Origin: Patescibacteria group bacterium
GTDB lineage: Bacteria > Patescibacteriota > Microgenomatia > UBA1406 > GWC2-37-13
Assembly (NCBI GenBank): GCA_026004455.1
Contig: BPJE01000002.1
Span: forward strand, 5,207 to 69,206
DNA length: 64,000 bases
Direction of reading: 5' to 3'
The position numbers and the translations under genes were made by a program. Under the pieces are notes generated by a model. The model had not been told where the DNA came from. It ran no database searches and worked only from the letters and a program-made list of their open reading frames with translations. Positions 9,023 through 20,493 of this stretch are shown one piece after another; position 1 is the first letter of the stretch; each line of letters starts with the position of its first letter.

Positions 9023-10159
9023 ATGAAAAAAACATTAGGCTTAATTACTGTTCTTTTAATTTTGCTTTATATTGCTCAAAAATTTAATCTTTATCAGTAT
9101 TTTGATAAAAATAAACAAAATAAATCCCAAGTTAATACTGAAAAACAAACTGTTGTTTATGAAGAATCAGTGATTACTCAAGTAGTAGAAAAATCAATTC
9201 CTTCGGTTGTTACTGTCGGTATCAGTACGACTATTTCTCAAGGTGATTATTTTCAAATTGATCCTTTTAATCCTTTTATTCCTTTTCGAAGAATTCCTGG
9301 TCAACAAAAAAAAGTAGAAAAAAATATCGGTAGTGGCTTTATTGTTTCCTCTGATGGCTTAATAATTACCAATAAACATGTTGTTTCTGATGAAGAGGCA
9401 ACTTATCAAGTATTAACTAATGATGGCAAAAAATATGATGTTGAAAAAATTTATCGTGATCCTTTAAATGATCTAGCAATTTTAAAAATCAATGGTTCAG
9501 GTTTTAAGCCTCTTGAACTAGGTGATTCAAACAATCTAAAACTTGGTCAACTTGTCATTGCTATTGGTACCCCTCTTGGAGAGTTTACCAATACTGTTAC
9601 TTCAGGAATTATATCAGGATTAGGTCGAGGAATAACTGCTGGTAGTCCATTTGAAGGATTTGTTGAAAAACTTGACAATGTTATTCAAACTGATGCTGCT
9701 ATTAATCCAGGCAATTCTGGGGGTCCACTTTTAAACTCAAAAGGTCAGGTTATTGGTGTCAACACTGCCATTGCTCAAGAAGGTCAAAATATTGGGTTTG
9801 CTATTCCGGTTAATGTAGTCAAAGACTTACTTAATAAATTTAAAAACAATGGTTATAATTTTTCTCGACCATTTTTAGGGATAAGATACAAAATGATTGA
9901 TAAACAAACAGCGATTTTAAATGATGTTGTTGAAGGAGCTTATGTCGTTAAAGTAGTTAAAGATTCTCCAGCAGATAAAGCTGGGATTCAAGAGGAAGAT
10001 ATAATTATCGAGTTTGATGGAAAAAAAGTTAATACCAATGATGATCAAGGATTAGCAAAATTAATTTTGGACAAAAAAATAGGCGACAATGTCACTTTAA
10101 AAATCTGGAGAAATAAAGAAATAAAAATAATCACTACGAAACTAGAAGAAAAAAAATAA
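9023..10159 (+). CDS. HtrA/DegP-family serine protease with PDZ domain
   Basis: GSGFIVSSDGLIITNKHV (His), DLAILKI (Asp), GNSGGPLLN (Ser), and a C-terminal PDZ (SPADKAGIQEEDIII). Confidence 0.9.
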   Translation: MKKTLGLITVLLILLYIAQKFNLYQYFDKNKQNKSQVNTEKQTVVYEESVITQVVEKSIPSVVTVGISTTISQGDYFQIDPFNPFIPFRRIPGQQKKVEKNIGSGFIVSSDGLIITNKHVVSDEEATYQVLTNDGKKYDVEKIYRDPLNDLAILKINGSGFKPLELGDSNNLKLGQLVIAIGTPLGEFTNTVTSGIISGLGRGITAGSPFEGFVEKLDNVIQTDAAINPGNSGGPLLNSKGQVIGVNTAIAQEGQNIGFAIPVNVVKDLLNKFKNNGYNFSRPFLGIRYKMIDKQTAILNDVVEGAYVVKVVKDSPADKAGIQEEDIIIEFDGKKVNTNDDQGLAKLILDKKIGDNVTLKIWRNKEIKIITTKLEEKK

Positions 10160-10212
10160 AAATCAACCTAAATTACCTAAGTCACCTAATTAACTTAAGT
10201 AATCTAATTATC

Positions 10213-10249
10213 AAGGACAGAACCTTTTTTTCACAAAGGTTCTGTTCTT
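10213..10249. repeat. GGACAGAACC-type REP-like hairpin (probable terminator)
   Basis: AAGGACAGAACC-N13-GGTTCTGTTCTT inverted repeat downstream of the htrA-like gene. Confidence 0.8.
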
Positions 10250-10252
10250 AAA

Positions 10253-10261
10253 TGGTATAAT
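10253..10261 (+). promoter_or_regulatory. extended -10 (TGgTATAAT) 6 nt upstream of the hisS ATG (leaderless-type)
   Basis: TGGTATAAT at 10253..10261 and ATG at 10268. No Shine-Dalgarno sequence. Confidence 0.45.
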
Positions 10262-10267
10262 TTAATC

Positions 10268-11476
10268 ATGTCAACTAAAATCACCCCTCAAACCCTTAAA
10301 GGTTTTCGTGATTTTCTGCCTGATCAAGCCATCAAAAGAAACTGGCTTATTAATAAACTAAAAAATATTTTTGAAAAATATGGTTTTGATCCATTGGAGA
10401 CGCCTGCTCTTGAATATGCCTCAACTTTGCTTGGTAAATACGGTCAAGAAGCAGACAAACTACTTTATTTATTTGAGGACCATGGCAAAAGAAAGGTTGG
10501 ACTTCGTTATGATCAAACTGTTCCTTTAGCCCGGATTATCTCTCAATATCAAAATATAACAAAACCATTTAAAAGATATCAAATTCAACCAGTTTGGAGG
10601 GCAGAAAATACTCAAAAAGGCCGTTACCGAGAGTTTTTACAATGCGATATTGACATTGTTGGTGAAAAAAGTCTTTATGCTGATTTTGAGATTATTGATC
10701 TCGTATTAAAATCATTTAAATCATTAGGCTTTAAAAAAACAAAAGTTCTTATCAATGATAGAAAAAATTTCCAAAATATTAACAATAAATTTATAAACTC
10801 AATTGATAAACTGCCAAAAATTGGCGAGAAAAAGGTAATTGAAGAACTTATAAAAAAAGGATTAGAAAAAGATAAAGCTCAATCCCTTTTAAATGAGATA
10901 AAAAATAAGAAAAAAACTTTTGATATTGAAAAACTTTTTTCTCTTCTTAAAAATCAGGGCTATCAAGAAAATATTGATTTTATCTATCTGCCAACATTAG
11001 CTCGTGGTCTTGATTATTATACTGGACTAATATTTGAGGTTATTGATGAAGATTATCAAGCTGGTTCTCTTGGTGGAGGCGGTCGTTATGATAATCTAAT
11101 TGGTCTTTTTACTGGTCAAGACATGCCTGCAGTTGGTTTTGCTTTTGGATTTGATCGGATAATTGAAGCAGCAGAAAGCTTAAATCTTTTACCTAATATA
11201 AAAACTAACACTCAGGTCCTTGTGACAATTTTTTCTCCTGATCTTGCGAAAATATCGCTTAAAATTGCTGAATTTTTAAGAAAAAACAACATCAATACTG
11301 AAGTTTATCTAAATGAAGAAGCAAAACTTGATAAACAATTAAAATACGCCAACAAAAAAAACATTCCTTATGTAATTATCATTGGTCCTGAAGAAGCTGA
11401 AAAAAATCTTATGAAGCTAAAAAATATGAAAACAGGTGAGCAAAAACTTATTAAAAAAGGAACAGTCCCTTTTTAA
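10268..11476 (+). CDS. hisS: histidine--tRNA ligase
   Basis: GFRDFLP, RYDQTVPLAR, RYREFLQCD and GGGGRYDNL motifs. The last codons (GTVPF*) lie inside a hairpin repeat. Confidence 0.95.
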   Translation: MSTKITPQTLKGFRDFLPDQAIKRNWLINKLKNIFEKYGFDPLETPALEYASTLLGKYGQEADKLLYLFEDHGKRKVGLRYDQTVPLARIISQYQNITKPFKRYQIQPVWRAENTQKGRYREFLQCDIDIVGEKSLYADFEIIDLVLKSFKSLGFKKTKVLINDRKNFQNINNKFINSIDKLPKIGEKKVIEELIKKGLEKDKAQSLLNEIKNKKKTFDIEKLFSLLKNQGYQENIDFIYLPTLARGLDYYTGLIFEVIDEDYQAGSLGGGGRYDNLIGLFTGQDMPAVGFAFGFDRIIEAAESLNLLPNIKTNTQVLVTIFSPDLAKISLKIAEFLRKNNINTEVYLNEEAKLDKQLKYANKKNIPYVIIIGPEEAEKNLMKLKNMKTGEQKLIKKGTVPF

Positions 11477-11491
11477 AAAGGGACTGTCCCT
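11459..11491. repeat. hairpin repeat (AGGGACTGTCCCT type) spanning the hisS stop codon
   Basis: ACAGTCCCTTTTTAAAAAGGGACTGT inverted repeat, with the stop TAA in its loop. Confidence 0.7.
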
Positions 11492-11507
11492 AATAAATTT
11501 AAAAATA

Positions 11508-11544
11508 AAGGACAGAACCTTTTTTTAAAAAAAATTCTGTCCTT
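11508..11544. repeat. GGACAGAACC-type REP-like hairpin (degenerate right arm)
   Basis: AAAGGACAGAACC-T/A-run-AATTCTGTCCTT. Confidence 0.7.
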
Positions 11545-11563
11545 ATAATATAAAATAAATAAT

Positions 11564-12253
11564 ATGCAAATTAATCCTAATACTGTCATTATCGAAGCTT
11601 TACCAGGTGTTGGAGGAGACGAGTCCAAACTTTGGATGAAGGAACTTCTTCTTTCATATATCCGTTTTGCTGAAAAAAAAGGTTTTAAGTTTGTTTATCT
11701 TGATGACAATATTGTTAAAATCACTGGTGAAAATGCTTTTGATTATTTTAAAAATGAAACTGGTGTTCATCGAGTCCAAAGAATTCCTCAAACTGAAAGA
11801 AAAGGCCGAATTCATACCTCAACCTGTATTATTGTCGTTTTACCAGAAATAATCCAATCTGATATTCGTATTAATCCATCCGATTTAGAATGGCAGTTTT
11901 TTCGATCAGGTGGACATGGCGGCCAAAATGTCAATAAAGTCGCCACCGCAGTTCGTCTAATTCACAAACCAACTGGCATTGTCACCACTGCCTCTCGCGA
12001 GCGCTATCAAGAAGCCAATCGAAAAATTGCCTATAATCTTTTAGTTTCAAAACTTTATCAACTTGAAGAAGAAAAAAGAAAAGGAATTACTAACTCATTT
12101 GTTAAAAATGTCGGTACTGGCGATCGTTCAGAAAAAATTCGCACTTATAATTTTCCTCAAAATCGTTTAACTGACCACCGCACCGGCAAAAGCTTTCACA
12201 ATCTTGAGGATATTATTGAAGAAGGGGAGTGGGAAAAAGTGTTTAACAATTAA
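11564..12253 (+). CDS. prfA: peptide chain release factor 1, lacking the N-terminal domain 1
   Basis: RF1-type tripeptide region [20 protein letters not shown] (PxT), the GGQ motif ([12 protein letters not shown]) and [14 protein letters not shown]. Only 229 aa, and only 87 nt of repeats lie upstream. Confidence 0.8.
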   Translation: MQINPNTVIIEALPGVGGDESKLWMKELLLSYIRFAEKKGFKFVYLDDNIVKITGENAFDYFKNETGVHRVQRIPQTERKGRIHTSTCIIVVLPEIIQSDIRINPSDLEWQFFRSGGHGGQNVNKVATAVRLIHKPTGIVTTASRERYQEANRKIAYNLLVSKLYQLEEEKRKGITNSFVKNVGTGDRSEKIRTYNFPQNRLTDHRTGKSFHNLEDIIEEGEWEKVFNN

Positions 12254-12261
12254 AATCCTCC

Positions 12262-12384
12262 AATCCGACCTACGCGGTCGCCTTTAGATTATTAGGACAA
12301 TACAAAAATTAACAAAAATGACTAATTTTAAATTAACCTAATTATTAAGGACAGAACCTTTTTGAAAAAAAAGGTTCTGTCCTT
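12262..12384 (+). repeat. composite repeat, copy 1 (30-nt GC-rich core, AT spacer, REP hairpin 12347..12384)
   Basis: AATCCGACCTACGCGGTCGCCTTTAGATTATTAGGA..AACAAAAATGACTAATTTTAAA..AAGGACAGAACC hairpin. The reverse complement recurs at 43918..44032. Confidence 0.75.
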
Positions 12385-12467
12385 TTTAATAATAAATAAA
12401 CAAATAATAAATTTTTAATCAATAATAAATATTCAATAATTCAATAAATTAATTGTAGAGACAAGGC

Positions 12468-12720
12468 AATGCCATGTCTTTACAAATTTTATTTTTTATT
12501 GTCATGTTGAACTTGGTTCAGCATCTCTATTATTTTTTTATGAGATCCTGAAACAAGTTCAGGATGACAGTGAGATCCTTAAATAAAATCAGGATGACAC
12601 TTAGAATGAGATCCTGAAATCATGCCTAAGACGGCAGGCACAGCAAGTTCGGTATAACAGATAGTAAAATCCTGAAACCATATAACAGCTAATAAGGGAA
12701 GTTTAGGATGACATTTTTTC
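12468..12720. repeat. cluster of about 6 degenerate hairpin mini-elements (GAGATCCTGAAAC..CAGGATGACA type)
   Basis: GTAGAGACA-loop-TGTCTTTAC, then TGTTGAACTTGGTTCAGCA, ATCCTGAAACAAGTTCAGGAT, ATCCTTAAATAAAATCAGGAT and others. Spacing and sequence are irregular. Confidence 0.6.
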
Positions 12721-13009
12721 CTTAATATTTTATTTAAAATTTTCTCGCGATCGTGACATTTTTTTAAATAAGAATAATAATTTAGATTAATTTAATGTGA
12801 TAAATTAAAGTAATAAATTGTTAAGTTTTTGTTTTTTTTAATTTATATTCTTAAATCAACACAAACTCTTTCCTCAATCATCGAAAAATGAAACGATCGC
12901 ATCATTTTTTGATGATGGTTAAATATTTTTTGTTGTTTTAGCAATCTAAAATAAAGATAATGATTTTTTTATAATTTTGACTTTTGAATTTTGACTTTTG
13001 AATTTCTTT

Positions 13010-13038
13010 TTGACATTTATCTTTTTCTTCTGTATAAT
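13010..13038 (+). promoter_or_regulatory. consensus sigma70 promoter of rpmE
   Basis: TTGACA (13010..13015), a 17-nt spacer, then TATAAT (13033..13038). ATG at 13048 is 9 nt downstream, with no Shine-Dalgarno sequence. Confidence 0.65.
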
Positions 13039-13047
13039 AATTTTCTT

Positions 13048-13344
13048 ATGAAAGCCAATATTCATCCAAAATTTTACGACGATGCGACTGTTGTTTGCGC
13101 TTGTGGTAATACTTTCACCATTGGCTCAACCAAACAATCAATTACTGTTGAGGTCTGTAATAAATGTCATCCTTTTTATACTGGTGAGCAAAGATTTTTA
13201 GATACCAAAGGTCGAGTTGACAGCTTCCAGAAAAAACAACAATTTGCAGCCATTTATCAACAACAACTCAAATCAAAAAAATCTAATAAACAAAAAGAAG
13301 AAAAACAAACAAAATCTTTACGTGAACTTTTAATGCAAGTATGA
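13048..13344 (+). CDS. rpmE: 50S ribosomal protein L31 (Cys-containing type A) with a Lys/Gln-rich C-terminal extension
   Basis: [27 protein letters not shown]. Start reassigned from the tracked 12991 to ATG 13048, which sits behind the promoter. Confidence 0.9.
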   Translation: MKANIHPKFYDDATVVCACGNTFTIGSTKQSITVEVCNKCHPFYTGEQRFLDTKGRVDSFQKKQQFAAIYQQQLKSKKSNKQKEEKQTKSLRELLMQV

Positions 13345-13429
13345 TATAATTAAATTTATATAACCTAAGACCCGGGCTTGTCGACAACGACAGTAAGAAA
13401 TTATAAATTTCCCGGCGAGGTAAAATCAT
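13342..13429 (+). promoter_or_regulatory. rplJ promoter (TGaTATAAT) plus a structured 5' leader, candidate L10-leader-type autoregulatory element
   Basis: TGATATAAT at 13342..13350. The GC-rich leader GACCCGGGCTTGTCGACAACGACAG..TTTCCCGGCGAGG stands out from the AT-rich background. GAGG Shine-Dalgarno before ATG 13430. Confidence 0.3.
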
Positions 13430-13969
13430 ATGGTAAGTCAAAAAAAAATTGAACAGGTAAAAAAATTAAGCGATGTTTTAAATCAAAAAGAAAATTTTCT
13501 CCTTGTCAAATTTGAAAAAACTACTCACCAAGCTCTTGAAACTTTAAGAAAACAACTAAAAAAAACTAATACTAGTTTTAAAGTTATTAAAAACACTCTT
13601 TTTGAAAAAGCTGTTAATCTCAATAGTCAAAAAAATGAACTTCTAGCCTCTCTTAAAAAAAACTTTTTTCCTTTAAAAGAAAACTCTGCTCTTGTTACCT
13701 TTGACAAAGATTGGTCAGAAGGATTAAAAGTCCTTTTTGACTTTATTAAAAAAGATAAAACTATTAATTTTAAATTTGGTATTCTTGATAAATCTGTTTA
13801 TCATTCAGCTCAACTTGAACAAATTGCTAAACTTCCAGGAAGAAATGAGTTATTAACAAAAATTATTGGTAGCCTCAAAGCACCAATGAATAAATTAGTC
13901 TATAGCTTAAAATACAATACTAATAAATTAGTATATATCTTAAAAGAAAAATCACAAGTTAAAAATTGA
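13430..13969 (+). CDS. rplJ: 50S ribosomal protein L10
   Basis: 179 aa directly upstream of rplL, with an L10-like profile (K..V..L..........LV.F.G). Confidence 0.85.
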   Translation: MVSQKKIEQVKKLSDVLNQKENFLLVKFEKTTHQALETLRKQLKKTNTSFKVIKNTLFEKAVNLNSQKNELLASLKKNFFPLKENSALVTFDKDWSEGLKVLFDFIKKDKTINFKFGILDKSVYHSAQLEQIAKLPGRNELLTKIIGSLKAPMNKLVYSLKYNTNKLVYILKEKSQVKN

Positions 13970-14005
13970 TGTTATTTTTAAAAATCAAAAGGAGGTGAGA
14001 AAAAA

Positions 14006-14407
14006 ATGACTGAAGTAAAATTAAGCGAAAAATTACAAAAAATTGCGACAGATCTTGAAAATTTAACCACTCTTGAAATGGCAGAATTAGCCAAATATTT
14101 AGAAGAAAAATTTGGCGTTTCTGCTATGCCAGTTGCTGCGGTTGCTGCTCCAGCTGCACCTCAAACTCAAGAAGCCTCACCACAAGAGGAAAAATCAACA
14201 TTTACTGTTGTTTTAACTGATGCTGGAGCTAATAAACTTGCAGTAATTAAAGCAGTTCGAGAGATATTACCAAATTTAGGATTAATGGATGCAAAAAAAT
14301 TAGTTGAAAGTGCTCCACAAGAGCTTTTAAAAGATGTTAAAAAAGAAGCAGCTGAAGATGCTAAGAAAAAAATCGAAGCTGCTGGAGGAAAAGTGGATTT
14401 GAAGTAA
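14006..14407 (+). CDS. rplL: 50S ribosomal protein L7/L12
   Basis: Strong Shine-Dalgarno AAGGAGGTG, an Ala-rich hinge (AVAAPAAPQ), and a C-domain [22 protein letters not shown]. Confidence 0.95.
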   Translation: MTEVKLSEKLQKIATDLENLTTLEMAELAKYLEEKFGVSAMPVAAVAAPAAPQTQEASPQEEKSTFTVVLTDAGANKLAVIKAVREILPNLGLMDAKKLVESAPQELLKDVKKEAAEDAKKKIEAAGGKVDLK

Positions 14408-14409
14408 TA

Positions 14410-14494
14410 CTTCAAATCCATATTGAACCAAAATATTTTTTTAAAGTTTCAGATTCTTTTATGAATCTGAAACTGGTTCAATATGATTTTGAAG
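14410..14494 (+). terminator. nested long hairpin downstream of rplL
   Basis: CTTCAAATCCATATTGAACC (14410..14429) pairs with GGTTCAATATGATTTTGAAG (14475..14494). Inner hairpin GTTTCAGATTC-TTTT-ATGAATCTGAAAC. Confidence 0.55.
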
Positions 14495-14505
14495 ATATTT
14501 TAATC

Positions 14506-14511
14506 TATAAT
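14506..14511 (+). promoter_or_regulatory. -10 box TATAAT 5 nt upstream of the gyrB ATG
   Basis: TATAAT at 14506..14511 and ATG at 14517. No Shine-Dalgarno sequence. Confidence 0.35.
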
Positions 14512-14513
14512 AA

Positions 14514-16448
<1,935 letters not shown>

Positions 16449-16449
16449 T

Positions 16450-16494
16450 AGGTTCTGTCCTTACTAAAGACAGAACCTTAAAGGACCGTCCCTT
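16450..16494. repeat. GGACAGAACC-type hairpin (inverted order) plus AAGGACCGTCCCTT tail
   Basis: AGGTTCTGTCCTT-ACTAA-AGACAGAACCT followed by TAAAGGACCGTCCCTT. Confidence 0.75.
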
Positions 16495-16521
16495 AAGTTG
16501 TTATAAATTTTATAAAAAACT

Positions 16522-17034
16522 ATGAATATCCAACAAATATCTGCCGGAAAAAATCCGCCTGAGGAGGTCAATGTATTTGTTGAGATTCCTCAAGGTTCAT
16601 CAATTAAATATGAATTAGATAAAGAATCAGGAGTAGTTATGGTTGATAGATTTGCTTATACCGCAATGTTTTACCCATTTAACTATGGATTTATTCCCAA
16701 TACTTTAGCTGAAGATGGCGATCCTGTTGATATTTTAGTGATCTCATCTTATCCTGTTCATCCAGGTGTTGTTATTCCAGCTCGACCAATTGGTATGCTT
16801 GAGATGAAAGATGAAGCAGGAATTGACACAAAAATTTTAGCCGTCCCAACAAAAAAAGTTGATCCGTTTTATGCTTATATCAATGATATTTCTGATTTAG
16901 ATGAAACAACAAAAGAAAAAATCAAACATTTTTTTAATCATTATAAAGAACTTGAGCCAGGTAAATGGGTAAAAACAAAAAACTTTTTAGCCAAAGACAA
17001 AGCCTATGAAGCGATTAAAAAAGCATTGAAATAA
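16522..17034 (+). CDS. ppa: inorganic pyrophosphatase (family I)
   Basis: [37 protein letters not shown]. Confidence 0.95.
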   Translation: MNIQQISAGKNPPEEVNVFVEIPQGSSIKYELDKESGVVMVDRFAYTAMFYPFNYGFIPNTLAEDGDPVDILVISSYPVHPGVVIPARPIGMLEMKDEAGIDTKILAVPTKKVDPFYAYINDISDLDETTKEKIKHFFNHYKELEPGKWVKTKNFLAKDKAYEAIKKALK

Positions 17035-17077
17035 GTGTTATTAGTCTTATAAGTCTTATTAGTCTTATTAGTCCAAT

Positions 17078-19546
17078 ATGTCTAATATCCAACAAACTGA
17101 AATCACCGCTGAGATGAAACGAGCGTATTTAGATTACGCAATGAGTGTTATTGTCTCAAGAGCTTTGCCTGATGTTCGCGACGGCCTAAAACCAGTTCAT
17201 CGACGAATTCTTTATGCGATGTATAAGATGGGGTTGACCTCATCAGCTCGTTTTGCAAAATCAGCTAAAGTTGTTGGTGAGGTACTGGGTAAATATCATC
17301 CTCATGGTGATGCGCCCGTTTATGAAGCCCTTGCTCGTCTCGCTCAAGATTTTTCCATGCGATATCCTTTAATTAAAGGTCAAGGCAACTTTGGCTCAAT
17401 TGACGGCGATCCTCCAGCAGCTATGCGTTATACTGAAGCAAAATTAGCCAAAATCAGTGACGAAATGCTTTCTGATATTGAAAAAGAAACTGTTGACTGG
17501 ATTGATAATTTTGACGGATCATTAAAAGAACCAGTCTTTCTTCCAGCTAAACTACCTAATCTTCTTCTAATGGGTGCTGAAGGTATTGCAGTTGGTATGG
17601 CAACAAAGATCCCGCCTCATAATTTAAACGAGTTAGTTGACGCTTTAGTCTTAATGATTGATAAAGCAAAAAAAGATGATACTAATCCATCAAACATTAT
17701 TTTCAATGTCGAACTAGATGAGCTTTTAGAGCATATCAAAGGCCCTGATTTTCCAACTGGCGGGATAATTTACGGCGCCTCCGATATAAAACAAGCCTAT
17801 CTAACAGGCAGAAGCTCAATTTTAGTTCGAGCCAAAGTCGAAGATGAAGATTTTGGTCATGGAAAAACTGCAATCATTGTCAAAGAACTTCCTTATCAAG
17901 TCAATAAAGCCAATCTCGTTGAAAAAATCGCTCATTTAGTCGCTGATAAAAAAATCATCGGTATTGCTGATCTTCGTGATGAATCTGATCGAGACGGAGT
18001 AAGAATTGTGATTGAGCTTAAAAGAGATGCTTCTTATAAAAAAGTCTTAAACAATCTTTTTAAATATACAGAACTCCAAACCTCATTTCCTGTCAATATG
18101 GTGGCTTTGGTTGATGGCGTGCCACAAACTTTATCTTTAAAATCAATCTTAGAGATCTATCTTCGCCACCGAATAAACATTGTCACCAAAAGAAGCGAGT
18201 ACGAGCTTAAACAAGCCAAAGCCCGAGCTCATATTTTAGAAGGATATCTGATTGCTTTGGACAATATTGATGAGATTGTTGAACTGATTAAAAAAGCTAA
18301 AGATGAAGCTGATGCAAAAACAAAATTAGTCACTCACTTTAAACTTTCGCCAATTCAAGCCCAGGCTATCCTTGATATGCAGCTTAAAAGACTAACCGGT
18401 CTTGAAAGAACAAAAATAGAGGATGAATTATCTCTTTTAAAAGAAACGATTGAGTATTTAGAAGCATTACTTAAAGATGTTTTTAAAATCTTAAAAGTGA
18501 TAAAAGATGAGCTTTTATATCTAAAAAATAAATACGGCGATGAAAGAAAAACTCAAGTTATTAAGTCCAAACCAGGCGAGATAAGCGATGAGATGTTGAT
18601 TGAAAACAAAGAGGTAATTGTTGTTTTGACAAAAGAAGGCTATATCAAACAAGTACCAAAAGAATCATTTAGAGTCCAAAACCGTGGCGGAAAAGGCGTC
18701 ACTGGCATGGAGACAAAAGAGTCAGACAATGTCTACTTTATCACCACCGCAATGACTCATGACTATATGCTCTTTTTCACTAATTTTGGCCGAGTCTTTC
18801 AAAATCGTGTCTGGGATATTCCTGCTGGATCACGCACTTCAAAAGGTAAGGCGGTTGTTAATCTAATCTCTTTAAAACCTGAAGAAAAAATCACTTCAAT
18901 CTTAACATACAACTCAGAATTAGCTAAAAATGCTGAAAAAATGTTTGTGGTGATGACAACTAAACTTGGCACGGTCAAAAAAACCCAGTTTAGTGAATAC
19001 ACCAATATTCGCTCAAATGGTATTATCGCGATTAAATTAGAAAAAAATGATGAACTTTTGTGGGTAAAACTTACAGATGGCAATAAAAATGTTATTTTAG
19101 TCTCTCAACAAGGCAAAGCCATTGTTTTTAAAGAAAAAGAGATTAGACCAACTGGTCGATCCTCAATAGGTGTTAAAGGTATGGAGCTTGATAATGGCAA
19201 CTATATTATTGCTGCTGATGTTTTTGGAGATGATGAGTTTAAAAAAGATATCTTGGTCGTTGGTGAAAAAGGCATTGGTAAAAAAACTCAACTTTCTAAT
19301 TTCAAAGGTCAACATCGAGGCGGAAAAGGAGTAAAAATCGCCTCAATTGATGATAAGATTGGTCATATTGCTTTAGCTTTTATTATCCAACCTGAAGATG
19401 AAACTTTAATCATCACCTCAGCTATGGGTCAAGTCGTCAAAATTCCTTTAAACTCAATCCCATCTCGATCCCGTACTGCCAAAGGAGTAATCTTAATGAG
19501 ATTTTCTGATAAATCTGATCGGGTTGTCAGCGCCACAGCTGTGTGA
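17078..19546 (+). CDS. gyrA: DNA gyrase subunit A
   Basis: [26 protein letters not shown] (catalytic Tyr region), and C-terminal beta-pinwheel repeats. Ends in TGA. Confidence 0.97.
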   Translation: MSNIQQTEITAEMKRAYLDYAMSVIVSRALPDVRDGLKPVHRRILYAMYKMGLTSSARFAKSAKVVGEVLGKYHPHGDAPVYEALARLAQDFSMRYPLIKGQGNFGSIDGDPPAAMRYTEAKLAKISDEMLSDIEKETVDWIDNFDGSLKEPVFLPAKLPNLLLMGAEGIAVGMATKIPPHNLNELVDALVLMIDKAKKDDTNPSNIIFNVELDELLEHIKGPDFPTGGIIYGASDIKQAYLTGRSSILVRAKVEDEDFGHGKTAIIVKELPYQVNKANLVEKIAHLVADKKIIGIADLRDESDRDGVRIVIELKRDASYKKVLNNLFKYTELQTSFPVNMVALVDGVPQTLSLKSILEIYLRHRINIVTKRSEYELKQAKARAHILEGYLIALDNIDEIVELIKKAKDEADAKTKLVTHFKLSPIQAQAILDMQLKRLTGLERTKIEDELSLLKETIEYLEALLKDVFKILKVIKDELLYLKNKYGDERKTQVIKSKPGEISDEMLIENKEVIVVLTKEGYIKQVPKESFRVQNRGGKGVTGMETKESDNVYFITTAMTHDYMLFFTNFGRVFQNRVWDIPAGSRTSKGKAVVNLISLKPEEKITSILTYNSELAKNAEKMFVVMTTKLGTVKKTQFSEYTNIRSNGIIAIKLEKNDELLWVKLTDGNKNVILVSQQGKAIVFKEKEIRPTGRSSIGVKGMELDNGNYIIAADVFGDDEFKKDILVVGEKGIGKKTQLSNFKGQHRGGKGVKIASIDDKIGHIALAFIIQPEDETLIITSAMGQVVKIPLNSIPSRSRTAKGVILMRFSDKSDRVVSATAV

Positions 19547-19559
19547 TATAATTATATTA

Positions 19560-20332
19560 ATGAAACTCTCTTTAAACAATTTATTTTCTTTTTTTGAAAC
19601 CGTCTTAAAAAAAACTCTTAAAAAACAAAAAAATAAGCTCATTTTAACAATATTTACCTTTAAAAATCAGCAAAAAAAATCAAACCTCGCTTAAATTAAA
19701 AGAAAAAATCGCTAAAAAATTAGGAATAAAACTTAATATTATTGATTTTCAAAAAACTCCAAATTTTATTAGCTTTGCCAAAAACATTAAAAAAGAAGCT
19801 GAAAAAAAAAGAAGTTACAGGCATAATTATTGAAAAACCAATTCCAGCCCAACTAATGACTGATAGTTTATACAACTATATCCCTAAAGAAAAAGAAATA
19901 GAAGGATTAAGATTAAAAGCATTAGTTTTACCTCCTCAGGGATTAGCTATTTTAACAATGATTAAGTATTTTTTAACTGGAAAAATTAATGACAAAATTA
20001 TTATTGATCCAAAAAAAGATGTTAATTTTTGGAAAAAAACATTGAAAAATAAAAAAATTGTTCTTTTAGGTCGAGATGAAATTTATGCAAAACCAATTAC
20101 CAAGGTCTTTCAAGAATTTAAAATCAATCATTTAAACATTGATCTAAATATCAAATCAACTGAGGAATATTTACAACAAGCAGACATCATTATCAATACC
20201 AGCGATAAATCTTTAGAAAATTACTCTCTTAAACCAAATAGCTTTATTATTCACTATTCATCCCTTAACACTTCTCTTGAACCTTTGGTAGTGTATTATT
20301 TGTTTAAGAATATGGTTGGGGTAAATAAATAA
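19560..20332 (+). pseudogene. divergent FolD-like (methylene-THF dehydrogenase/cyclohydrolase) paralog broken by two frameshifts at A8 and A9 runs
   Basis: Three frames join as MKLS..NKLILTIFTFKNQQKK / SLKLKEKIAKKLGIKLNIIDF..EAEKK / EVTGIIIEKPIP..KIVLLGRDEIYAKPI..ADIIINTS. Shifts fall at 19672..19679 and 19802..19810. TGATATAAT lies 7 nt before the ATG. Confidence 0.5.
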
Positions 20333-20456
20333 AATTCAAAATGCAAAAGTCAAATCTGCCAGCTGGCGGACAAAATGAAAATTCAAAATTCAAAATTTAA
20401 AAAAACTTTTTAATTTTAACTTATACTTTTGACTTTTGAATTTTAACTTTTGAATT
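20332..20456. repeat. AT-rich palindromic element, copy A (TTGACTTTTGAATTT words) with an embedded GC palindrome
   Basis: AAATTCAAAATGCAAAAGTCAAA..TCTGCCAGCTGGCGGA..ACTTTTGACTTTTGAATTTTAACTTTTGAATT. Confidence 0.75.
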
Positions 20457-20493
20457 ATTTTTTTAGTGTTAGACGTTAGATGTTAAGTATTAG

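Noticed and set aside
12468-12720. Possible CRISPR array: repeated GAGATCCTGAAA..CAGGATGACA units in a non-coding gap.
   Set aside because: The units are individually palindromic, differ in sequence and length, and are irregularly spaced. There are no unique spacers of constant size and no cas genes in the window. A REP-like hairpin cluster fits better.
18799-19083. Antisense or internal ORFs inside well-supported genes: 7574..7756, 11667..11852, 14167..14421, 18799..19083, 22688..22894, 22915..23121, 28400..28618, 28926..29117, 33323..33547, 38017..38232, 38537..38758, 40256..40483, 41997..42260, 42250..42567, 44609..44881, 56665..56916, 57960..58232, 61905..62267.
   Set aside because: Each lies entirely within, or opposite to, a longer ORF with clear family motifs. 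They show low-complexity or antisense-type composition and no independent signals.
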